Assembly (NCBI GenBank): GCA_964187785.1 | Contig: OZ076409.1 | Location: 14,572,001 to 14,636,000 of the forward strand | Direction: 5' to 3' | DNA from: Amphiscolops sp. MND2022 | Taxonomy: Eukaryota | Length of the DNA: 64,000 nt | Shown here: in pieces, positions 12,108 through 23,196 of the stretch | How positions within the stretch are numbered: position 1 is the first letter of the stretch | Layout of the letters: every line of letters starts with the position of its first letter | Translations under genes and position numbers: made by a program | Notes under the pieces: generated by a model | The model's database searches: none | Seen by the model: only the letters and a program-made list of their open reading frames with translations | Told to the model about the DNA's origin: nothing

Positions 12108-13540
12108 CCATTTTCGTGATGTATCAACTGAAAACTTCCGTTTTCAAATGTTCGTTAAGCACCTTACTAAAAGTTAACAAAATATTCTCTATTCGGTTGA
12201 AATGCCTTCCTTTTCTGGAAAAGAAAATAAATCCGCGTGTGGAAAATTTGACGTTTTTAAATATCCCACGGTCCCTGGTGACAAACCAAGTAGAGCCATT
12301 TTTGTATAAAAAGAATTCGATCAAGTTTTTATTCTACGGAAAACAAAAAGATGCAACAGAATAGAAACAAAAAATAGAGAAGATTGTTGTTCTCTGGTTT
12401 TCTGGCTGCTCTGGTTTTCACGTTGTTTCCAGTCCAGAGACATGGCTTATTCTCAAAACGACTCAAAAGTAAAAATGTCGTGAATGACTGACTCTCGAGG
12501 AATGTTTTGAACGAAACAAAACAGTGCCTTCATATTTTAATAACGTCCATACACCTCTGCCATTGCCGGGAAAAAAAGCAGAGCTGTGATTGGCTGAAAT
12601 TATCAAGTATTACCATTCACATTGCCGCACTTCAAATGAAGATGGTCGTAAATTAATTCCTCCGCGGCACTTTTTCCTATTAAAATAGATTTGCCGACTT
12701 TCATTCAAAAACAAAATGAATTGAGCAAATTTTTGATATGATACTGTTTTGACCTTTTCCTCGTGGTACAAAGTTATGATCATTAGCCTTTGAAAATTTC
12801 TAAAGGATAATATTTGGTTATGAAATAAAAAAATTGATAAATTCAGCAAGTATGCGACTGATTAGCAGGATTGGCTGTATTACCGCTTTATTTCACATTA
12901 ATTTACTAATTAGTTATGTAATTTCCGACCGCAACCGACTTGACCCCTCGATTAACATTTTGGCTTCTCTCAAAGGTTAGCTTTTCATCCCATAAATTTG
13001 TCATAAGTCAGCAGTTTTCAACCTATATACAGTACCGCCAATAATAAAGCTTATCATTGTTTTCTTTGTATTTGAACCAGTATTGTTTGAGCATCATTTT
13101 GAGCTGGAAATATTCATACTTTATTGTTTCATGAGAAAGAAATAAATGCCTATTGAAAATATATTGCCCAATGCTTACAGCTAGTGATAACCAATAAAGA
13201 AATGATGTACCGCAGCTCAACAAGTTTGTTAATTAACAAGCATCTTGTCCAAAACCGATTTAAGTACGAAAAAATTAATCCTTCAAGGTAATAGCAATTT
13301 TATTTCGATGATTTCCAACAATATTTTAGATATGGTGAACAACCGTTTGACTATGTTCTCGAAACTGAAAGATCCAATATAGAACCACAACCAGAAAAGC
13401 AGAAACAGAAAATAATGTATACTTATTGCTATAAAAAATTTATTCAAGTCGTTCATATAGTTTTTAAGCACAGGTTCGAACTATGAGTGAAAACAATTCA
13501 GCATAACGTTAATTTCAACATATCGGTCATCGTCTCTAGA

Positions 13541-13605
13541 TAAAAGTGCCCGGACAAAAGCGTCCGGATGGAAGCGCCCGGACAAAATCGCCCCAGTACA
13601 AAGCA
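13541..13605. repeat. Decayed ~14-15-bp subterminal-type repeats (GACAAAAGCGCCC), same family as 15044-16001
   Basis: Four degenerate tandem units. Confidence 0.55.
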
Positions 13606-15043
13606 TCTCGTTAATGTTAGAGTTGAATTACTCCGCCTCTAATTGAACCTGAATGAAGACGTAGAATGATAGTAATGCCTCAGTGGTACAAACCAAATCA
13701 GCATTTTCACTCCTACGAAATACCAATCAGAAACCAGTTAAACTGTTAATTTTGGCACTTCTGAAAAAATGTATTTTATTCAATTAATGGAGGGGAGCAA
13801 CTTGTTGATGCAGGTTTGAAGTGACGGATTCCAGTTTGGTTGTGGGAAAAGTGTGACCAAATCGCCAGACGCCATTTAGTTGGGCGCTTATGACTGAGGC
13901 GTAGTCTGGGCGATTTTGACTGGATTGCTTTTGTCTGTTAACCATTGCTTCCATATTCAAAGTCACTGTTTCAGATACATTACTATGCGGAGAAACACTT
14001 TTAGTTCGAAGCCCCTGGCAGATTTTTATCACTTTGGAAACAATAAGGATCAAAGTATGGGGAGAATTTAATATTCCAAACTAAAGCGAAAGCAAAATGT
14101 TGTAGCACACGTTACCTATACATCACTGTATTCAACTTTTACCTCTTCCAAAAATGATAATCCGCAAAAAACCCTTTTTGAAATATCTCGTCGCTTTTTG
14201 ATCTAAACATGGTTCATCATTTGATTCGTGCTATTGTACCTTGGAAAACAAGTTTTTCACCTTTTTAAAAGAAAGGTTAATTCATTTGGATGATACAAAA
14301 CAATCAATAAAAATTACATCAGTCATTATACATTAAACATCCAAAATGGAATAAGAAGGAGCATAATTGCTTCTCGAGCCATTACCCCCGAGGACCAGAT
14401 TCGACTCAAAGCCATTTACTAAAAAGTTTAGATGATTATTCAAATTAGATGGGTTTTATTTACAATAAAGAAACGACTAAGTCTTGCTTCTTACCTTCTC
14501 ACATGGACCGAACCCAAACTCCCAAAGTGTTTGGATTTCTTTAAACAGTCCTCTGACAATTTCAGCCATAAACAGTTCAAATACTGTAAGTTTTCTGGTT
14601 TGAACTAAAAATCTATCAATGATTAATAGAGTTTGCCAAACCGGATTCGTCTCTGAGCAACGTCATTTTGTAAAAGATTGTTTCCGCTGCTGATCCATAT
14701 CCTATTAATCCGTTTCAGATTATTGATTCAGCAAGCGAAGTGTAAAACATTAAGAGACAATTTCTTGGAGATAAGTCACAATGAGAATCAGACCACAATT
14801 TATCTTAGTTTTGTGAGCCAAAATCCCCTCTAAATCGGAGGCACGTGTCCATATTTATACCAAGAAACTTGCACGAAGCTTAAAGATGTAGCTTTTTATC
14901 TCATTATATTATATTTTGGGCTTTTTTGTCCAAATGACATCGCTTCATTTTTGTTGACATCGATGAATCGTTTAAATGACTGGACTCATTCAATTAAATT
15001 CAAAATATCTTGAGAGGTGAGAATAGCGTGTTGTTTATCAGAG

Positions 15044-16001
15044 CGATTACCAGACAAAAGCGCCCCAGACAAAAGTGCCCCAGTCAAAAGCGCCCAAATA
15101 ACACAGTCAAAAGCGCCCCAGTCAAAAGCGCCCCAAATGAATGCGTCTCAGGATTTAATTGCCTTGATTTCGTCTCACGAACTAATTAAGTGTCTTGGTT
15201 CAATGCTTGGTATTTAAATGTCGATTACGTAATGAAATTGTTTGAATCAAATGACTCATTTTTAAGTCACTTCAAAACTCATCCTATTAAGGCTGGATAG
15301 CTCAGTGGTCAAAATTTTAGTTGTTGACTATTAGTCACCGAGTTCGAAACTAACTACATGGAAACTTTTTATGAAATAGTCTTATTCAATATGATGACCC
15401 GGAAACATCCCCCGTTATCAGGGGGTTCCAGGTTGGAGTGGGCGAGAAGAAATTTTTATTTAAAAACCCCCTCTTTATGGTGACAAATTCTCAGAGCTGT
15501 AGCATGCACAGTTTTAGAAAAAACAGGATATTTTGAAATGTTGATCATTTTTTCAATAAGACACATTGACAGCAAAAAAAACCAAAGTTCATCTACTCAC
15601 TCACACTTTTGATCTCGTTGCCAACGTTAATTCGGCCCCGGCAGTTTTTATTCAGACACCTCCATGACTCCGTTCCGTTTTTGAGGTCCCTTGCGTTTCT
15701 GTATAAATACCCACAGTGGGTCATAATGTCTTGGTTTTTATTGCTTTAAGAGCGGTGATTTCCGTTTGGCTGGTCGTTGCAATGAATTTCATGAATTTCC
15801 TAACAGATAAATAAGCTTGCCTTAGAAAAGCGTCTTCTGAATTCACAGGTTCACTGCTTTTAAACACGTGTGAAAAACACGACGGTAAAATCCGGCTACG
15901 CGGACGGCCAATTAATTATGTGCAGTTAATAGAAAGTAGGTGTGAAATCATTACAATTATTCGCAAGACGCATCTGGTTGGGGCGCTTTTGTCTGTACAC
16001 G
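15044..16001. mobile_element. Non-autonomous TIR DNA transposon with 15-bp subterminal repeats and a 7-bp TSD
   Basis: Ends CG...CAGACAAAAGCGCCCC and GGGGCGCTTTTGTCTG...CG. ATCAGAG is duplicated at 15037-15043 and 16002-16008. Confidence 0.75.
15291..15355 (+). repeat. tRNA-derived SINE head or tRNA pseudogene
   Basis: A box TAGCTCAGTGG and B box GAGTTCGAAAC at tRNA spacing; no intact cloverleaf. Confidence 0.55.
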
Positions 16002-17675
16002 ATCAGAGCATATAACAGTAGTCTTCTGGCGAACACACCTCCTCGACTATTCTTGGTGATATTTTGTATTTCATTGACGTAGAAAGAAAGGAAAAGGCGA
16101 ACGATGGAGGATCCCTGAATCACCGCCGTTTTATATTAATTGTTTCAGTGGAGTTCATAGCTGGGGTTACATGTTGACATCGATCACTCAGATGACTTAT
16201 CAAAATGTCAAGAGTCTCCATGAATCTAGTCTCTTTCCATTTTTCCCATTGCAACTCATGAGCGGCAGTGTCGATAGCTTTCTAGAAGTCAACAAATCTA
16301 GGTTGTCCATTTTTTTTCGATTTCGTTTCTCAGTGATCGTTTTCATCCCGAAACCATATTGTATTGCAAATAAAATTCAATTGTATTGTACTTCCGACGA
16401 AATAATACAATAAGTCTCTTATTTACGAACGTTTCTCATTGAGCTCAAAAAGGCTGATCGGTCTATAATTTGAAGGATCTTATCGGTCACCTTTTCTTCA
16501 ACTAGGGCTGAATAGCATTTCAGAATTTCATTGCTAAAGACTTCGTTGCCGCAAATTCTTTAAATTTACGATCTTCAAAGTCGTAGCAACTTCGGCATAA
16601 TCCGTTGAGTGAAGTACCGTGGTGATCTCATTACGTCTGATTGATAAACACTACATTGTTTCAGTGAGTGGGCGGGGCTTAAAACGAACCTCTCTATTGA
16701 GAGGTTACAACTCGACAGTGGGAAAATGTTTTTTGAGTTGTTCAAGGTCGAGTAGGACTGTGCATGGTTGTTGCTGTTTCGTTCTACAACCTTTTCACAA
16801 CCTACTGACATTTTTCCAACCATCGCAAGTACACAGAACTTCAGGAAATCTCCAGTGGTTACGAATTTTCATGCAATGTTCAAAAAAAGTTCAATAGAAA
16901 TTTTCACGTGAGTGAAGAAATTTGGATCAGGAAACGTATGTGAAGTTTTCAGAAAAGGAATGACTTTTCCATGGTGAAACAAAATGTTTTAAAATGAACG
17001 TTACAAAAAAAATCGTGTTCTTGTTTGGTACAAGATAGAGTTTTTTAGTTATAATATCCAAAAATTAAGCAACAAAGTATATGTCGCCACTGTAGATGTA
17101 GATAAATGATAAACATTATTATAATTCCCTTGTAGTACATTACTTGATAAAGAACAGAAGAAACGAAAATTTTTGCTTATCTGAAACAATCAATTTCATA
17201 GTAAGTAGCGAAATGAAGGCAAGTATCTCTTTATATGGAAATATTCCAACTAGCGACTTTTGGGAACCTTTTTCTTTAGAAAATGGAAACAAAGCTTCCG
17301 CTAATAAACATATCCTCATTGTTCATGGGAATCTCTTTATAATTCACATGAAGACAAAACACCCATAGCTGTATATTAAAGAAGTTTAGGTTTCAAGGGG
17401 ACAATTTTTTACAATATAGAGAAGAAAGAAGTTTGTCCCTTAAAACGTTAGTAAACACTCATATAAGTTCATAAGGAGGAGAACTGATTTGAAGCAATTT
17501 AACGGGTCAAAATGAAGCAAAGTCAATCAAGCTGATAGATTGCAAATAAATGCTTCTTTTAAACCCACAGTGGCCTAAAATTCTCGGTTCTAGTTTGCCG
17601 GCACAAAAAGACAACGAGAACGAGATTTTGTTGAAAGATTGAAAATTCTCTCCACGATTTTGCTTATCGTCGCTT

Positions 17676-17817
17676 CCCTAGGTTACAAGAATCACAAATC
17701 TTGCAAAATTCTTCCGAAATTCTCGTCAGCTTTGCATTTCTTGCAAGAATCTTACAGGTTTGTACAAGAATCGCAAATTTTGCAAATTTGTTACAATGTC
17801 GAACATTTCTTACAAGG
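17676..17817. mobile_element. Truncated MITE, same family as 50015-50225
   Basis: Begins CCCTAGGTTACAAGAATCAC, with CAAGAATC/TTGCAA internal repeats. Confidence 0.65.
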
Positions 17818-18307
17818 AGGTTGAATTCGTTTCAAAGGAGGTTTTGATAAACCCGTTTCATCTGAGCAACTTGCAACAATAACCTTTTTAGCAGAAGGGA
17901 ACATGACACTGTCGAAGGGAGTTCTTGTCTTTGCTTGTCGAAATCGGAAAGTGTTCATCGCTCAAAAACTCAATAAGTTTATACCACAAAGCGTATTGAT
18001 AAAATTGTAAACATTTTCCAAAAAAAATTCGACGAACTTTCAGTAGAAGCAGATAGAGCTACTTCTGTGTCAAGCTCAGTTTAAAATCAAAGGCCAAACA
18101 TTTCGGAAAAAATTCCAGAGTGAATATTTTGAATTTTGAAAGCGTAGGCGGTAGCTTTTATAATTCACGGAAATTTTCCATAGGCACAGAATCAAAATTT
18201 TTCATCACTTATAAGACAGCAAGTTCAGTTATCAACACTTTCAGTAGTCTGGGTTCAGTAGAACTGTGACAATTTGTGAAATGAGAATACATATTCCAGT
18301 GATGTAT

Positions 18308-18395
<88 letters not shown>

Positions 18396-18396
18396 C
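18308..18396. repeat. (ACA)n microsatellite, ~29 units
   Basis: Directly visible; one ATA interruption. Confidence 0.98.
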
Positions 18397-18655
18397 GCTT
18401 TATACAGTTGTTATATAAATTTCGTTGAAATGTTCAACAGAAAAAAATTCAGAAAAATTGGTTAAATCTCCATCATGCATCTGTCTTAAAGTTGATTCAA
18501 AATTGGACCAACACAAATTCAATCACTAATTACCAATTTCGAATCCAAATGTGATAATTTAAAGAAACGAACTGAATTTTAAATGTCAATCAAGATAATG
18601 ACCTTCAAGAATTATTTTTTATCAAGATCTGATGAACATAATTTTTTAACGAGAG

Positions 18656-21600
18656 TGTAAGATTTTTAGTTTTCCAGTAGCTTTAACTATTTGTTGAGAA
18701 TAGCTCCACTACAACTCAATTAAACCCGTAGGTACCATGCACGAGACAAGGACTGGCTGAGTATCTACATAAATTTTTATTAACTCCGAAGAAGAGACGA
18801 ATCAACTTAATCGAAGGCGGTGGGGGTAAGTGTGACAAGGAAATCACGATCTTTACAACTTTGCTATTTTTCCCTCTTTCAGGGGTTTGTCTCGCTACTC
18901 TTGGACTGTTTAAAATTATCTTTTCGCTGATGAAAAGAAGCAGGTTGAACTTTAATTACTATACATCAAATAAATAAGTCGAGTAATAGACACAAATACA
19001 ATTTCACATCCACGAATAATAGAATGAATAATATGATAACATCGATAGTAGCGGAGAATATTACTGATTATATTAGCAGGCATATTAAGAGGCATATAAC
19101 ACAAGAGAACAGTAAACAAGAATTTCAGCAAGGTCAAGTTTTTGTATCCGTAAGGATGGGGGTGATATCGGAGATATCGGAAGAATCAACTCGCCGCAAA
19201 ATCTCTATCGGTCTTGGAGTGAAACAATAATCCGTGTATTATCAGCCCACTTAGGCTTTTACGATAGGCCAACAGTCCATCCTATTCCCGGGTCGAAATC
19301 CAAATAGCGACGAGCGGGGTAGCAACAAATCAGGCAACTTCAGGTCGTTAAGCTGAAGGCACGGGCTAACCGGCTGGTCCCAATAAATCGGCAATTCGAG
19401 AATCCGGCGTCTGATGCGGGAAGCTATCGGACGCAAAGCAGCAAACCGTTCTCTAGATTTAAACTCACTTTGTGCGTCGCTAAAATGGCGCACACTTCGG
19501 CCTAAGTTACTTTTTCGGCAGTTTAGTCATATCATTATTCATAGTTTATCATCTTTCCTTTTTCGGGTTCTGACTAAGTGTTGAGCAATACAGTTTTTTC
19601 CTACTTCGGTACTGAAAGTTCATCAGAAGTACATTTTCTCAGCACGAGTCGGTCCTAGTTCCACCCCCTTGTCAATCATGACTGATGGTTTTACTTCGTT
19701 TTCAATAGAATTTAAGGGGTGGTGCTACTGACTCAGTGTTTCCCACTTTTGTAAGCACGACTTGAATTTCGGCTTACTGATTGACATTTGCACTTTTTGC
19801 CAGGTCTCTTTTTCTCACGCGGTTCCTGACAACTCTCTTCAACTAAAAATGGCTGAAGGAAACAATTTTCTACAATTTACAATGACCTAAAAGGCGATTT
19901 CAATTCATATCAAAAAAAGTCGATTTTCGTGTTACAACTTCTAAGGGCAAAAACAAGGTGTTCCGATCACGGGGGGCAAAAACCAAGTACACCATTTGAA
20001 AGTACAATTCAAGGGCTACAAAAGCTTATTTCATAGTTTTCTTTCTATTTCAACTCCTTCACAGTGAAAAACGCCTTTAAAGTTTGGTAGACAAAAATCA
20101 CCCATCGGTTTTCACGCAAATCTCAACTTTGGAGTGCTAGTACTCAGTCAATTTGAAAGATACAGGCTGGGGGCTTATATACATCGTTAGCCCAAGCCAT
20201 TAGGAGTATTTTGCACTTTAGATGAGGTCTCTATCTTTTCTCAACAAAATTTGATAGTACTTTTTCTGAAAGTAGTCATTTTCCCGATTTTTATGTCTGG
20301 ACTTTCAACTTTGGAGGCCAATATCTCGAAACCAGGGCATTTTTCGGAAAAACGCTTCTGCTAAACGCTGTGCGCCTGGGTCTTGTGCGTCTACCCTGAA
20401 AGTTTCAGCTCGATATCGCCCAAAACGTGCGGGGGGGGGGAGTTAGCATTTTGGTAGGTCGACATCCCTATCGGCAGAGAGAAATCACAACTTTAAATTC
20501 TTTGGGGTTCTTCGCTAGCGCACCGCAGCACTCTATTTATTATTCTATTCACTCCTCCACTTTAATTCTCAAGTACGCTGTGAAGGGGGCGGCTATTGTG
20601 CGCTTACACGTTGAGTACTAAGCGATAACATGCGAAAAACGGCTTTTTAGGCCATTTTAGGGCCGTTTTTAACGTTTGCTGGCTCAGTTCTCAAAAACTA
20701 CTGAATATTATTTATTTTCCAATTAACACAAGTTAGGGCATCCATTTATCTTTAATTTAAGCCATATCCGAACATTTTCTGACCACTGTAGCGATCACAC
20801 GAAATTTTTAAACGAAACTAAATTTTGGAAAATCGTCAAAATTTTAAATGCACTTATTTTCAAAGCTTCCCCCCGATAGGTTCCCGGGGTCGCACAACGC
20901 TCATATTCTCAACTTAAGCTCTCCTTTGGATGGGCTTTTGAATGCTGAAAACCGTTTGTTGCTATCTTTTTTCATCTTCGAGAAATCGGGTTTTGATTTT
21001 TAATTTCTATTAAGAGGGGGGATTAATTCAAAGTGTGCGGCGGCCGTTTTCTTATTAGCTACGCGTACAGCCACTCACAGCGCGTTCTAATTTTCATTCC
21101 TTTCGCTTTCTGACACGCTTAGCTGAGTTGCTTTCTATGCTGTTCACGCACACAGCGGAGTTTTCACTCTCGCTTACCCTCAAACACATGTATTAACATA
21201 GCAATTTGGCTAAATTTCTATTCACAGTATTTTATGACTTCTAATGCTTTTTCTGTGGAAATTCGTTACTGAAAAGTTCTTAAATGTTTACTCAACACGT
21301 AGTCAGGTCGAAAAGGAGCATTTTGGTGGTTTAATTTTTCTTATATTCGCAATAGGTATCGAAAAAATCAATGTTAAAGTTTCGTTCCGATTAGAATTTT
21401 CTTACATAGGTTTAGGTGGTGGCGGCCGTCTCACTGCATTAATACGTTGCGCGGTCGCTTCATAGCATAAGAATGGTTATTTTAGTTGTCCGCGAGACTA
21501 AAGACAATATTATTGACATTAAACAATAGTGTGAGGTACTTGAGGTACTTATTGTAATCTTTACTTTTATACGATATCACCCCGTAAAATCTACCTTGCT

Positions 21601-21656
21601 GATGAACTAAAATTTAATAAACACCAAATCATGAGCGAAAAGTCAAAAATCCTACA
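18656..21656 (-). repeat. 3' LTR of element 2 (3001 bp)
   Basis: Direct repeat of 29502-32502 at a constant offset of 10846; tgtaag...cctaca on the plus strand. Confidence 0.97.
18776..18781 (-). promoter_or_regulatory. Candidate polyadenylation signal AATAAA in the 3' LTR
   Basis: AATAAA on the element strand ~120 nt from the LTR end. Position is plausible but unconfirmed. Confidence 0.4.
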
Positions 21657-21668
21657 TTCCCCCCCACT
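21657..21668 (-). other. Polypurine tract of element 2
   Basis: AAGTGGGGGGGAA-like purine run on the minus strand abutting the 3' LTR. Confidence 0.85.
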
Positions 21669-23196
21669 TGGACTACTACTCTCCTGAGTAGTTGGTTTAT
21701 TTAAATTTTATTCCCTTAGTAGGAGCGTTCTTATTCGTCAATTCGTAGTCCAGTCAGGTTGTAATGTAGCCTTGTTTCATCAACTTAATCTCTTTTATTT
21801 TGTAAACAAGTGCTTGAAATACAATGATAACAATATAAAATCACTCACCCTCTATTAACAATCCTCTTAATTTAAAGACAAAATCACTCTATTCCTTAAA
21901 ATACATTAAATTCATGAAAAATTTTCATTCTTTCTCACAATTTTCATCTTTTTCAATCCAATTTAAGATTTTGGAAATGAAGTGTGGTCAATTTTAAAAC
22001 AATCTCTTTTCTGTTATAACTAAGTTCTTTACTGACTGGATTTCTTAGTTCATTCTCCTAAGTTTTTATTATTTAATTATTTACTTTCTGTCCAAGCGAG
22101 GAAAATATAGTTTTCGAGCTTTTCTTTGGGGCAAATAAATACAGGGGGGGTTTTAAGGTGCGTGGATTTATTCTGGGTACAATTTATCATTGTGAAAAGG
22201 TTCATCTCACGTGTAGGGTTCTGTACTAGCGCTGATAGGCTTCATCCACCCAAAATTAGCATTCGGATCCTCTCAGGACACATTGTCGACTTGTTGACAA
22301 GGGGAGTGTTGAACTACGTCGACGGCAACGTTGCTGAAGTCGAAACACACTTCTCTCTCCGAGATCAGCCCAGTTGTTGGTTGTTCTTTCGGTAGGCATA
22401 TATAACATTCCAAACAATATTAACACACCCAAAATTGTGATACATTACTGAAGAAGAATACTTTCACTTTTCTGAATAGTAGTCGAAGAGAAGCAAACTA
22501 CTTCGCTGAATTTACCTGAGGCAGGTTGCAGAGTCAGTACAACGGAATAAACTTGCAATCCCCCTTAGCAAATCTTTCGTGTCTGAAACTGTATACGACT
22601 GGAACTCGAATATTTTCAGGAAGGGGGGATAGTCTCTCTTCTGGATCTTCTTCAGATAACATACCGAGACTTTGTTGGCGATATTGTTTTGACATGTCAT
22701 TTCTGCGATTTCGTAGTTACGAAAGGTCATTCGCGCGAACCTAGGCGGACAATCCTCATCGCTGGTTCCAAACGAGTTCTTACTTTTCACGCCGGTACCC
22801 GATTACGTCAACACAAATACTACATTTACATAATCTTCCGACTATACTAGCGAGTCGAATGATTTAATCACGGGAAAAAAATTCCGGACAACACAACACA
22901 TAGACATATAGAGGTTAAATACGGTTTTTTTTTGAAAGTCCTTCAAATTGATTGTAGGGACGATGACTACAATTTTTCAATTCTAGTAACTGAGGTAATT
23001 AGGTTAAGGCAAAACTAAATGAAGGAGAGCCGGTAGCGACACGGATGACACTACTTTTCGAACTCATCACCTCATGATTGACAGTCCGAGCTTACAAGTA
23101 ATTCGATTAGTCATGCTCGCGAACGGCTAAACGAATGATGAGCTTCACTACTTCGGATGATTCAACTCACCTGACCATCACCCGAAGACATTAATG

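Larger units (their letters stand above)
14530..16620 (-). pseudogene. Decayed non-LTR (CR1/L2-like) LINE reverse transcriptase, interrupted by a DNA-element insertion at 15044-16001
   Basis: Minus-strand motifs in the correct order: PSNYRPISL (~16470), DF*KAIDT (~16280), VIQGSSIVRLFLSFYVNEI (PQGS-like, ~16120). After the insertion: FLGINMD (~14865), CLLMFY...GYGSAA...AQRRI and LTVFELF. Confidence 0.7.

Noticed and set aside
15291..15360. Functional tRNA gene
   Set aside because: A and B boxes are present but the acceptor and anticodon stems do not pair; treated as SINE-derived.
18826..18882. Intron-like GTAAGT...TTTTTCCCTCTTTCAG on the plus strand within the LTR
   Set aside because: Splicing it out gave no convincing ORF by hand translation; there is no transcript evidence.
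18952..21465. Five short ORFs duplicated exactly at +10846
   Set aside because: The duplication simply reflects the two LTRs, and none has recognisable motifs.
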